Shown here: positions 39,752-51,137 of the stretch, in pieces | How the letters are laid out: each line of letters starts with the position of its first letter | Position numbering within the stretch: the stretch's first letter is position 1 | From: Chrysomallon squamiferum | Lineage: Eukaryota > Animalia > Mollusca | Assembly: GCA_012295275.1 (NCBI GenBank) | Contig: CM022674.1 | Span: 9,672,001-9,736,000 of the forward strand | Reading direction: 5' to 3' | DNA length: 64,000 nucleotides | Program-made: the position numbers and the translations under genes | The notes under the pieces: generated by a model | What the model was told of the DNA's origin: nothing | What the model saw: the letters and a program-made list of their open reading frames with translations, nothing else | Database searches by the model: none

Positions 39752-39939
39752 TTACTGCTGTTTGCAGCTTCCCTTCGAATCTTTCTTTGCAACTTGAGAT
39801 TTCTTTGACTTGCGAGATTTGTCCAATGTTGACCTCTTCTGACCTTGTACAGGCTGCCACGGATTGAGCACAGCCTGCCCATCAAACTGAGAGTTACTGT
39901 CCTGACTACTTGTTGTTCCACAGCTGTCTGGAACAATTT
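39752..39939 (-). CDS. CCDC50: CCDC50-like coding exon 13 (last); polybasic tail + CKQQ*
   Basis: ttgtttcag|, EIVPDSCG...PWQPVQGQKRSTLDKSRKSKKSQVAKKDSKGSCKQQ*; phase 1 matches exon 12. Confidence 0.8.
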
Positions 39940-40331
39940 CTGAAACAAAATAAAAAATAAATTTGAATATAAATAAAAAACAAACAAACAAACAAATAAA
40001 TCAATTAATTAATCAAAAACAAATATCAGAAATGATTAATAATTTTTATAGATGAAATGTTTTCTCACATTAAGAAGTTACTTCAGTAACCTGTGTCCAT
40101 CAAAAAAGAAAAAGAAAAAAAAAATAATAGAAAAAAATAAGAAAAAAATGAGATGCAGGTCAATTAATATGTGTGTATATTTATTAGTATGCACAAATGC
40201 AAAACTGAAAAAGATAATAACAGTGATGTTAGTGACAATGGCAAGTATATTGACACCCAAAATTCAATGACATTTCATTAATACAATTACTAAAAACAGC
40301 ATGTGAACAAAGTCTAGTCAGGCTGGGCTAC

Positions 40332-40418
40332 CTTGATAGTTTGCCGCTGACTGGTTCCACTGCCGATGAGGTCTGCGTAGACTACCACGTACACCAGGAT
40401 CCCACTCCAGTTCTGTGT
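40332..40418 (-). CDS. CCDC50: CCDC50-like exon 12
   Basis: ttgctgtag|, DTELEWDPGVRGSLRRPHRQWNQSAANYQ then G|gtagcc; phase 1-1. Confidence 0.7.
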
Positions 40419-41385
40419 CTACAGCAATTAGTACATTAGTGTATCACATCATTTGTTAATAATTCAGTCAAAATTAGTTTTTTAAAACACTACCAAAACC
40501 AGTGAAATGTGACAATATTTCAATAAAACGAAACATTAAACAAAGATAACTAACATTTCAGATTTAAATTGGTTTAAAATGCCTAATAATATTTTCTATG
40601 ATTTTTAGATTTCAATGAGATGCTGAGAAACTGATATTCCTATCCATACCATTTATAAGATACAATTTTAAATAAACAAATTATAATGAGTAAAACACTT
40701 AATGAGCCAGATTCTTAACTGTCACTGTCATGTGTTTGTTTACATGACAGTGTAAGAAGTAGTAACAGAAAATGTTGGCTTCTATGCTAAACAATCTTTT
40801 TACATTTTTAATACAATAAACAAATTAAATAACAATTTACACTGGCATTTTGGCCATTGGTTTATTTCAAAATGATGATAAAATGAAACATCAGTTAAAA
40901 AATCTATATTGAAAATGATTACTGAACATTTTAGCAATTAAAAAGGCAATATTAATATTGCATGTCCTTTCAGATTTTAGTTAGTACAGTTAATTATTGT
41001 AACATAATGACAACACACACTGCATTCTTGTTATTTAAAGCAACATAACTGATGTATCATCAGCGTTAGGAAGTGATTACCTGGCAGAAAGTGATTAGAA
41101 ATCTGTTTACTGTGAAAAAGGTTAAAAAATACTCTTTTACTCTCAGGAAGTGATTACAGTCAGGAATGATTATGACTAATATATTTAATTTCAGTACTAC
41201 AACAGACTATTATAAATTTCAGTACTATATAAATTTATGTACTATCAAAAAATGATTATAAATATCAATTGTCAAAACAAGATATTTTGTACCTGTTTAC
41301 TGCAAGGAAATGTCAAATATAATTGTAAAGAATCTATTGTCAAAGTGATATCAAAATATATTTTTATTGTGAGGAAGTGATTTAC

Positions 41386-41561
41386 CATCAGAGTTTGGAA
41401 GTGATCTGGAAAAAGGAAGTTGAGTTTTCACTTCAGTCTGGTCAGACTGTTCAATCTCATGTTGGCGACGTCTGTACGTGGGGTCTATAGCAGCCGCGAT
41501 GTTGAAACCTGGGTTGGTTCCTGTGTGTGTGGCACGGGGAGAGAAGTCTGGACTCACAGAC
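41386..41561 (-). CDS. CCDC50: CCDC50-like exon 11
   Basis: gttacag|, SVSPDFSPRATHTGTNPGFNIAAAIDPTYRRRQ...SLPNSD then G|gtaaat; phase 2-1. Confidence 0.8.
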
Positions 41562-41958
41562 CTGTAACAGTTTAAACAGAAATATTTTAATATAATACAA
41601 ATCTTACTAAAACTAAAATATACCCATATCTTACTTTTTGTCATTACTATTTATTACTAACAAAATTAACAAATTATAATTTTTTGAAAAAATATAGAAA
41701 AGATTTTTCATTTTCCAAATGATATACATATAAGGAAAAACTGAAAAGAAAATAAGAATGAAAGTAAAAATAGAAATTATGAAAATATAAATCACTCAAT
41801 CACACACATACACAGACACATTCATCAACATCATATTATTTTTTGTAAGATACAATGGGAATATTCAAATAAAATTTAAGGATAAACATGAAAACATTTG
41901 GTAAGAATTAAATTCTGTGTAATTCTTTAATAAAATATTTTGAATCAGCTAGTCTTAC

Positions 41959-42434
41959 CCACTCAGATCTTCATTGCTATGGTAACTACCAGGTGGAGAA
42001 GGCGATGGAGGCAGCCCATCACTAAATCCCTGCCTACAAGAAACAGTGTGCCTGTACGGAGGTGGAGTGATATGTGACTGTGGTGATCTTTCTGGTGGTG
42101 GAGGTGAGGGGGACTCAGCCAACCAGCGTTCAACATTACTCACTTCATCCACTGGAAGCTCACTGTTCACCGTGTGCTGCTGTCGCCTGGAGGCCTGAAT
42201 CATCTGTCTTTGTTTATAGTCCTGATATGAAGGTGGGTCACGGGCAGGTAGAGCGGGAGGGATGGGTTCGGACTGTTGTCGTGTTGTTGAGACTGGTGCT
42301 GCACTGTTTGATATGGACCGGGTGTAGCTGTTGCGACGATAGCGGTGGCCTGCAGGCATGTCATCACCGGAGTCAGTGTGTTCAGAACTTCCCATCAAGG
42401 CACTGGTGTCTACTACAGCTTGTGATGGCTTTAG
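41959..42434 (-). CDS. CCDC50: CCDC50-like exon 10 (Pro/Ser-rich, PPxY motifs)
   Basis: ttttccaag|LKPSQAVV...PPSY...PPPY...EDLS GG|gtaaga; phase 0-2. An in-frame alternative acceptor lies 6 nt downstream. Confidence 0.8.
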
Positions 42435-42729
42435 CTTGGAAAATCATAAAATTAATGAAAATCTCTCATCAGATTTGCCTCATGAAACATGAAATGTAAA
42501 TTATTAATAAACTACAGAACTGAACTTAATCTGTGTGGTTACTAAGTATTCATATTCTATTACATGTCTGTGAAATGGCTAATTTTTTAGTATTATCTTA
42601 AGGTATTTAATAATGAAATACTTTTCATTAATAAAATGTGATTATACTTTTGCTTTAAACTAGAAATATATACATAATTCAACTGATACACTGGTGTCAG
42701 TTTATCTCAAAGTTATGAACTGAACTCAC

Positions 42730-42891
42730 TCCTGCTTCTTGGTGCAGACGCTGCTGCTCTCTTAGTTGTTGTCGTTTCTGTCTGGCTTTCCTCAGTTTAA
42801 GTTTTTCCTGCTCTTGAATGACTCTTGCTAACTGCTCATCCTGAGCCTCAATCTTACGTAACTTGTCTTTGTCAACTTCAGCTTTTGATCT
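42730..42891 (-). CDS. CCDC50: CCDC50-like exon 9 (MIU + coiled coil)
   Basis: tttacag|RSKAEVDKDKLRKIEAQDEQLARVIQEQEKLKLRKARQKRQQ...EAG|gtgagt; phase 0-0. Confidence 0.85.
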
Positions 42892-43447
42892 CTGTAAACA
42901 GCAAAGCTACTTTTATTTACAAAGCATTGCATCTCTGATTTCAAATTTCATCACAACTAATTTTGTTTATAATTCATTCAGTAACATAAGTTAGGTTAAA
43001 ACTAACATAGTTTTAATACATGCCATCAAACAGTTTATGTTAGCAATACAAATACAGAATTTAAATTCAATTACTAATCAAAAATATGCTAAGTTGCAAA
43101 ATGGTACATATCTTATTATTTTGTCAGAAATTATATTATTAGGATCAGTAAGAGTTTATGTTTTATCACATATACAGAAAGATAATATGAAAAAGATGGC
43201 AATTTTTCAAACTATTACATAGTAAAAATAAAATAGCGTGAAGATTATTATAAAGATATATTAAAAAAAATAGTGCATAGATATTTAAAATATTTAAATT
43301 GTAAGAACACTGAATAAGAATTGCTGAGCATTTCTGCTTAATAAAAAAAAAAAATCAAGTTTAGTAAATGTTTCTTCCTCAATAAAGAAGTTTACAATTC
43401 TCAAAGGTTATGTCCCCTGAATCCATTGTAATATTCTGAGTACAAAC

Positions 43448-43483
43448 CTTGTGTTCTTGTTCTTGTAAGAGTTTGGCAAGTTC
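43448..43483 (-). CDS. CCDC50: CCDC50-like exon 8 (36-nt micro-exon, MIU core)
   Basis: ttattacag|ELAKLLQEQEHK|gtttgt; phase 0-0. Confidence 0.8.
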
Positions 43484-43757
43484 CTGTAATAAAAATAAGT
43501 CATAAGTTTATTTTAAAACATTATGTTTACTTAAAGCCACTGTGAGACGCTTTTAAAGCTGTTATCTCAATCTATGTTCAGAGCACTGGCATTAATATAT
43601 TCACCAGTGCAGTGGACATTGATTATTTTCAAAAGTAACTGATATTAGTAAATGTACTGAAATAAAATTACTAAACACTAAACTAGTCAATATGGCCAGT
43701 CATTATCACAGTGATTAGTTAACTTGTAACTGAGTTTTGTAATTACAAAAAACTTAC

Positions 43758-43869
43758 TTCATCTTGTACTTGCTGTAATATTTTTTTCTGATGTTCATCT
43801 AGGTTAGAAGGAACAGTGTAGAAATCACTGAAATCTCCATCATCCTCAATCCTGCCTGATGGTGTGACT
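43758..43869 (-). CDS. CCDC50: CCDC50-like exon 7
   Basis: actgcag|, VTPSGRIEDDGDFSDFYTVPSNLDEHQKKILQQVQDE|gtaagt; phase 2-0. Confidence 0.8.
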
Positions 43870-43916
43870 CTGCAGTTTAATAATAATAACTAACAATCTT
43901 TAATAAATCTTTGTGA

Positions 43917-44251
43917 AATAACAATGTGTTTAATAAATGATCAAATATCTGTATAATAACAATGTATTTAATAAATTATCAAATATCTGTATAATAACAA
44001 TGTGTTTAATAAATTATCAAATATCTATATAATAACAATGTATTTGATAAATTATAAAATATATATCTGTTAAATAACAATATGTTTAATAAATTATCAA
44101 ATATCTGTATAATAACAATGTGTTTAATAAATTATCAAATATCTGTATAATAACAATGTGTTTAATAAATTATCAAATATCTGTATAATAACAATGTGTT
44201 TAATAAATTATCAAATATCTATATAACAATATGTTTGATAAATTATCAAAT
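43917..44251. repeat. 38-bp minisatellite, about 9 copies
   Basis: Unit ataacaatgtgtttaataaattatcaaatatctgtata; period 38 (43921, 43959, 43997...). Confidence 0.9.
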
Positions 44252-44659
44252 CATTCTGAAATCCAAATTAAATGATGTAGGACTGAATGTAATTTTAAAC
44301 TGCCTCATGTAATTCCATTATTCATTATATGCTCAGGTTATCAGAGTTTCAAGGGTAGTACTAAAACATACATAACATATTTATTTGTTCAGTTTAAAAA
44401 GATTAATAGTTATTACATTTTCTGTTACAGGTAACTTTTCATTCAGGAAACAATACAGTATTTTATAAAATTATAAGCAGATGCATTAAAACAACATAAG
44501 ATGGTACAGCACATTACTAATGACCTTGAATAATACATGTAATAAATAATGGAATGGTCTGATACAACTAAATACAGAACACAGAACAAAATAATATAAA
44601 AATTAGATTTATTTATAGATTTTAACATGTCCATTTGACACATTTTTGTCCTAAATTTA

Positions 44660-45764
44660 AAAGATGTCCAACAGCATCCAAGAACTGAATGGGTGTTTTC
44701 TGGCTAAGAGTTAGCTGTCTGTCAGTCTGATGAGTCTATTTTCTGTCTGTTTATAAACTATCTTTCTTGGTGGTCGGGCAGATCCAAAGATTATCTGTCT
44801 CAATGTAACATGTTCTGATGTTTCTATTCCTTTTATATATTTGGATGATTAAGTTGAATTGACCGGTTCATTCTGAAAAGACGACCCAAAAGATTATTGG
44901 TTGTTCTGCAGCCAGTGGTCAGATGATGGTTCCACAAAATCAAAGGAAATCTGGAATCATTGTCTACCCATGAAAAAACTACATAATCATTAAATGTCTT
45001 CGTCTGTAGAACATCAGGTCCGTTTCCCATGATTCAAACCATGCTTCCTGTACTTGTGCCATTGGCAGAACAGAACAGCAAGACCTAGATCTTGGGTTTT
45101 CCTCCAAATGGCCAGTGTGAAGTGAAATAAAAAACATCTTTTCATCTCAGCTTGTGAAAATTCAGTTTTAACTGCCCAGTTTGCAGCCACCTCAAAGTTA
45201 CTCTGAACTTTAATTGAAGAAAGAGGTCAGTTTAATGATTGTTTCTAATTCTTCAACAAAATGAACACTCTACTGTATGTTATCCTCTGATTGTCAGGAA
45301 GAAGAGCAAATACAAGGGGATACATAGTGGTTCTGTCCATATTAGGATGATATATAACTGGTGCACTGCTCATACTGCGAAATAAAAGGCAGCGTCTTTT
45401 TCCATTTGTCCATGGTTCTTCTATGTTGACATTGGCTCGATGGTATGGTCTGAAAGGAAAGCAAATGAGGAACAGTTTCTCATGCTTGCTTTGCAACCTC
45501 ATCATTGTATATTTGCTGCATTGGAGTTGTTTCTTCTCACTTCCGTAGTATGCTGATAAACCAAGCAACATTCGGGTCATTTGGAAGATGGTTGTGTTCT
45601 GATGTGTTCCAAATAAAATCGCTGACAATGGTGCATTTCCTGGGACACACTTTTGTCACACATCTCCAGTGAATGCTTTCCCCTCTGGTGTGATTCTTTG
45701 CAAATGGAAATCTGTCCAATATCATATGTGACTGAACAAATTCTAACCTTCTAAGTTCAGCCAT
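44660..45764 (-). mobile_element. Decayed MULE (Mutator-like) transposon with FLYWCH zinc finger, in CCDC50 intron 6
   Basis: FPFAKNHTRGESIHWRCVTKVCPRKC...SEHNHLP is a FLYWCH finger. PLVFALLPD...TYSRVF, FEVAA, CF.FHF, FNDY...SWV...FP..LWN and RTTNN are MULE transposase motifs, spread over several frames with stops. Confidence 0.85.
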
Positions 45765-47029
45765 AACTACAAAAATTTGATCTGTTTTTGGTAGGTATAT
45801 GTAGTTAATGTATAAGAACTTTTATATGTCTTGTCTGTGATTAGCTAAGGTTTAAATGTAGATCAATGAATTTGGTCATCAGAGACATAATAATCACTGA
45901 TACATAAACAATGTCTATCTGAAATGAAATGAACTGAATACAGATGTTGTACCATGAGCTAAACTCTAAAACATGGACTTCATAAAATACAGTATCTTTA
46001 CATTTGTTAATTCCGTTTAGCAGATTACAATTAAGTTCTCCTAGTTGCTTGTGTGGAATTGGTAGATATATGTAAGTGAAACTACACTATTTAGAAACAT
46101 TAATCATACACACCAACCACTGCATTTCCACCACCTAACAAACAGCAAACATTATTGAAAACTAATAAACACACTCATTTGTTTTCCCCATTACACAGTA
46201 AGTAGAAAAAAACCCAAGAAAACACTTCTAGATGCAGATGAATGAATGAATGAATGTTTACTGACATGTCAGATTTATGACATTTTAAACTACATAAAAC
46301 AATTATTAACAAAATATTTACCACTCATTATAAAATCTGTGGTAAAAATTAAGTGTTTAAAATAAGTCGTGGAGTTGCTGGTGAAATTGGAATGATACTA
46401 ACAATGTCAGTTTCCTTCAGAAATGTTTCCTGAAGACAGACTGTGAAAAGATCATATTTGAAACAAAAGACTTAATTTATCAAATTCCAGCGAATAATTT
46501 ATTAGTGATTACCTGACTGATCCTAGCCACTGTCTGAGTTTTCAATTATAATGTCAAAAACTGCACACATCTGCATCATGCACAACAGTGTGCAATATTT
46601 AGTATTTACATTCACCATGGCAAGGTTCGATTCAAAATATTTTATTAATGAGAGTCAATTTTTATTTCAAAGTCGATTAGTATAGGATCATTTCAAACTT
46701 TAGACAATTTTTTCCAGTCTAATGTCTAATAGTGAGAAGATTTTTTAACACTGCACAATTAAATATGATCTATGTAAACTGATGAAAGAAATGTAAAAAA
46801 AAAAATAAGAAAAATAAGAAAATACCTAGCATTACATGGAAATGTATTCCATGACATATTTAACTTATTCTGGTGACAGAGAATAACATTCAAAATTATG
46901 GGTGAAATATTCTCTAATATTATGCATGACATGATACAGAATCATTTTTCTCTCTACAGCTATGTATACTTTTGCTTATGGATCAGGTAATGTGGATCTA
47001 AGTCTATGTAACATTCAAATGGCAATATA

Positions 47030-47190
47030 TTTTATTTTATTTTATTTTATTTTATTTTATTTTATTTTATTTTATTTTATTTTTTGTTTTGTTTTGTTTT
47101 GTTTTGTTTTATTTTATTTCATTTTTTTTATTAGAATTTTTTTTGTTTTTTCATTTTTATTTTATTTCATTTTTTTATTTTTATTTTAGC
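47030..47190. repeat. (TTTTA)n/(TTTTG)n tract
   Basis: Directly visible. Confidence 0.85.
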
Positions 47191-47305
47191 TCTAATGTTT
47201 GTTGCTTTTTATAAAAAAAATAACACCAAAACCATATTAGTTAAAAAGTGATAGGAAATAAAAAAAAAGCTAGCTGGCAGAATAGTGTTAGTAAAAGCAG
47301 TCTAC

Positions 47306-47396
47306 CTGCAGGTGTACCTCGTAAGTCCATTCTGTGACATCACACTGGCATTAATGTCCAAACCATCCACACCTGTTGTCACCTGAGAAACAGGAC
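47306..47396 (-). CDS. CCDC50: CCDC50-like exon 6
   Basis: ttgtttag|, GPVSQVTTGVDGLDINASVMSQNGLTR(YTCR). Two in-frame phase-2 donors: exon end 47318 or 47306. Confidence 0.7.
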
Positions 47397-47889
47397 CTAA
47401 ACAAAACAGATGTGTTGTGTGTTATATAAAATAATAATAATAATAAATAATAGATTCCATAAAAAGGCAATTTAAAAAAAAAAAAAAAAAGATATATACA
47501 TATATGTATTATTACTGCTGGAACCATCTTTTTTAATTTAAAAGTGAGAATTCATAAAGATCAGGAAAATTTAATTAAAATGAGAGGAGTATTAAATATT
47601 TTCTCCTCAAGTAATATGAAATGCTACCACAATATCAAGTAACCACTGATAAAGGAAAGTTAATGTCTCTAAAACTATTTTTTTTTAACCTTTAACAAGT
47701 TGTAATTCAGTTCATGTAATGAAAAAACAGAAGAGCAAGCAATACCTGTAAAACAGGTTGTGTAGGTTTGGTTTTTGTTTTTCATTTATACAATTCATTT
47801 GACAAAACATTATATTTCAAAAATGGTTTTTCTTAATGTTGAGTGTCAGTAATGAATGGAGTAAAAGTGATTTAATTATCCTGTTTTAC

Positions 47890-48046
47890 CAGTCTCCCCT
47901 GATATCACAAGTCTAGCATCCTCTGAATGCTGGGCAAGTTCTTTCTCCAGTTTCTCTCGCTGTTTCTTTAACTGTCTCTCTTTCTTCTTCTCCAGAAACT
48001 TTTCATATTTCTTTCTTTCCTTTTCTTGCAGAAGTCGTGCAATTTC
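47890..48046 (-). CDS. CCDC50: CCDC50-like exon 5 (MIU + basic coiled coil)
   Basis: ttatcag|EIARLLQEKERKKYEKFLEKKKERQ...SGET G|gtaaaa; phase 0-1. Confidence 0.85.
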
Positions 48047-48296
48047 CTGATAAATAAAAATAACATAAAAAAACAAATAAAATAAAATAAATAAAATTGT
48101 TTGCGCAGAAATTCTATAATTATTTAATATTAAATTACAATGTTATACCTAGACCTTATTTTCTCTCATCCCATACAATTTGCCTAAAATGAAAAAGATA
48201 AAATAACCTGACTTTCTATTTTTTAGAAGAAAGTGATATTAATTAACAGATAATGAATTACACACAGCAGCTTGTAACACAAAATTAAACATCTAC

Positions 48297-48378
48297 CTCA
48301 TCAGCCATCTGTCTGGCAACTTCCTCTCCAGCATCTTCATTCTGCATCTTATGTGCAACCCTGGCATCTTCCTCAGCT
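48297..48378 (-). CDS. CCDC50: CCDC50-like exon 4
   Basis: atttttag|, AEEDARVAHKMQNEDAGEEVARQMADE|gtagat; phase 2-0. Confidence 0.85.
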
Positions 48379-49379
48379 CTAAAAATACCATACATTCATG
48401 TGAAGGGGGCTATTAGGTATTTTATGTATATATAAAACTGGATTCACTTGGGACCAAAGAGAAATGCTATTTTAGACAGAGTGCCTATTTATAAGCATTA
48501 AAACAACATGGAATTGGAGTATGTTTTATTACAAATGTTGGTTAAATGCTGAGAAATAGTCTGTCACTGATGACTTTCATTTTTTCACATTTTTCTCCAG
48601 AGCAAACTCCTGTGTTATGGTCCAAGTTGCGAAAGTCTGCTTTTATTTAGAAGTAGCAGATAAAGATTTAATTTGTTTTTCATTTTAAGAACATTAGTGT
48701 ATGAAAGTCTGTTCGAAGTTCAATTCAGACATTTGAATTTGAAAGTCATTATTTATTTTCTCTCTGCTGAAATAATGAGTTCATATAACTGCCAGTAATG
48801 GTCACTATTTTTTAAAATGCACAGCTAATTTTGTTTTGTTTACACAGCAGATTTAATGAAAACTCTTCCATTAATTTTATTTTTGGTTGCATGTTCTAAA
48901 CATTGCAGTTTTTTAGGTTATTCTGCCATTACGATGAAATCATTAAGTCAACACAAAATGTGCACCCTATGTATTTATGCAGACTTCTGCTTTTGAAACT
49001 AGATCTAAATGAGCGAATTCACTTAGGTATCAATGCACACTAATAAAAATCTTGTTCATCTCGCTGCATATAATAATTACAAGAAGCAATGGCATCATTG
49101 TTTATTAAACCTTCAATGAATCACGATCAATTTATCTCATGTGATAGTCTAATAATGTGCAAATTGCCATCACTGTTTATGAATGACTGCACTTGCAAAA
49201 TTGTTGACAAAACTAATTTCTATATAAATTGTTCTTTTGTTGTGGAAATTATTTGTTTACCCCCCACCCCCATCCAAAGAAGATGGCATCCGAATTACAC
49301 AAGGTTTTGTTCACAACAGACTAACAACAGTTGGATGGGACTTTGAAATGTTGCTGGTTTACACAAAAATCTGTGCATA

Positions 49380-49402
49380 TGTGTCTGTCTGTGTCTGTGT
49401 CT

Positions 49403-49444
<42 letters not shown>

Positions 49445-49522
49445 ATGTAGATGTGTGTGTGTGTGTGTGTCTGTGTGTGTGTGTGTGTGGATGTAGATGT
49501 GAGTGTGTGTGTTTTTGTGAGT

Positions 49523-49557
<35 letters not shown>

Positions 49558-49590
49558 GATGTAGATGTGAGAGTATGTGTGAGTGTGTGG
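49380..49590. repeat. Interrupted (GT)n microsatellite
   Basis: Directly visible, with recurring ggatgtagat interruptions. Confidence 0.9.
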
Positions 49591-49935
49591 CTTAAATACT
49601 TTATAAAATAGGCTTCATGTCATGTTTTTTGTGTCTGTGTTATAAGCATCCAATCTTAATAAATAAAGTATAACAAGTTATAAGGATACAAAATTAAAAA
49701 ATATTTCAAAGAATTATTACCCTGTAGTTTTTCTTGTGTTTATTAAATGGCATTAATAATAAAATTAAGCATCAGTGTATTCTTATCATCTATTTATTTT
49801 TATTGATGTATTTTATTATTAGCAAAATCAAGGCACAAAAAAAAAACCCAAACCGACTAACAGAACCGAGAAACTAAAGTACTTATGTTATTTTTTTGTG
49901 TGTGCAAAGCACCGTGTATAAAGAGTTCATCTTAC

Positions 49936-50074
49936 TGAGCTTGTAAGGCCTGTAACTCCATCAGACGTTCTTGCTGCAGTCTGGCCTCCTCCTCACTCTG
50001 GACTAACTTTGCTACAGGAATGTCTTCTCTCACCGTCCGCCGATTCTTTCTGTTCAGCCCATAGTGAAAATCAA
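49936..50074 (-). CDS. CCDC50: CCDC50-like exon 3 (CCDC50_N domain)
   Basis: ttcttgtag|, IDFHYGLNRKNRRTVREDIPVAKLVQSEEEARLQQERLMELQALQAQ|gtaaga. Matches the CCDC50 N-terminal pattern IE.H...N..R...V..D..VAK.LQ.E. Confidence 0.9.
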
Positions 50075-51074
50075 CTACAAGAAATAAATCAGTCTTTAGT
50101 TTTAACATATTTATATGTTAATTTTCATTGTCCATGGGCTTTTGTAAAAGTTGATGGGCTTGTTATGGATTAGAGCATTTTGTAATTTGTACAGACCTCC
50201 CCAGAGAAAGCTTACATTACAGCCGTAATGAAAGAGGCATGGGAAGTGGCTGGAACAGGAAATATGAACAACAAGGATAATCAATCACATTAAACTCAAG
50301 AATATACTGAAAAACACATCAGTTAAAGAACTTTAAATAACACATTGAAAAGAATAATTTTATTTTTCTATATTATAAATTTATATATATATGCATGTAT
50401 TTGTTTTTTTGCTGTTCTTTTTTTTCTTATCGTTGCTGGTGTTGCTGCTGATTTCTTTTCTTTTCTTTTTGTTTTGTTTTGTTTTGGTCTTGTCAAATTC
50501 TGCTGACATTTTGTTTAATTAACTGTTTTATTTAATATAATTAAATTTACTGTCATTATTCTCAGCTAATAAAATCAAAGTTGGTTTATAAAGATGATTA
50601 TTTGCACACTCTTTGATTTCTGAATTACATTACAAAATTTTATTAAGAAACACTTTCACATTATTGATTCTGTACATCAAATGCAGAATTTCAAAGAAAC
50701 TGTGTTTTTAGCATATCACAAGAGTATTACTATGTCAGAAAACAGAAATGTTCCACTGTTAATTAACTTTCTGTGTTGTTTTTTTCTCAAGTATTATGTT
50801 GTTGGTTTTTTTACAAAAAGGTTTACAGATGTTAATTCCATTTCTTATTATGTTTTCTATAAACTACTGAATCTGACAAATGAAAAAAACATGATCTGAA
50901 AAAGCATTATTCATTTTTCAGTAAGCGTCAGTTTTGCACTTTTCTGGAATTGTTTGTAAACATAATTTTTCTTCTCTTCTTTCTGCTGTCATGAATATAA
51001 AAACTAATTAAGCTAAATTCTTAAAACACTGTGGATGTACAGTAAACAAATAAAATGAAAACTATCCCACTCAC

Positions 51075-51137
51075 TCTCATGATTTTGTAACTCATACGCC
51101 ATTGCACCATCTTCATGGACCAGCCATTTCCGACACA
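51075..51137 (-). CDS. CCDC50: CCDC50-like exon 2
   Basis: ttttgtag|, VCRKWLVHEDGAMAYELQNHE then A|gtgagt. Matches the CCDC50 pattern VCR.F.V.ED..LA..LQ.QE. Confidence 0.9.

Noticed and set aside
39598-39987. 129-aa alternative frame for the CCDC50 last exon
   Set aside because: Exon 12 ends in phase 1, which selects the frame ending CKQQ*.
42074-42499. 141-aa plus-strand ORF
   Set aside because: Antisense shadow of CCDC50 exon 10.
43917-44251. Regularly spaced repeats as a CRISPR array
   Set aside because: Contiguous tandem units without unique spacers, in a eukaryotic intron, with no cas genes.
48600-49370. Complex intronic block with an 85-aa ORF
   Set aside because: Possibly a decayed TE, but no motif I can recognise in the frames I read.
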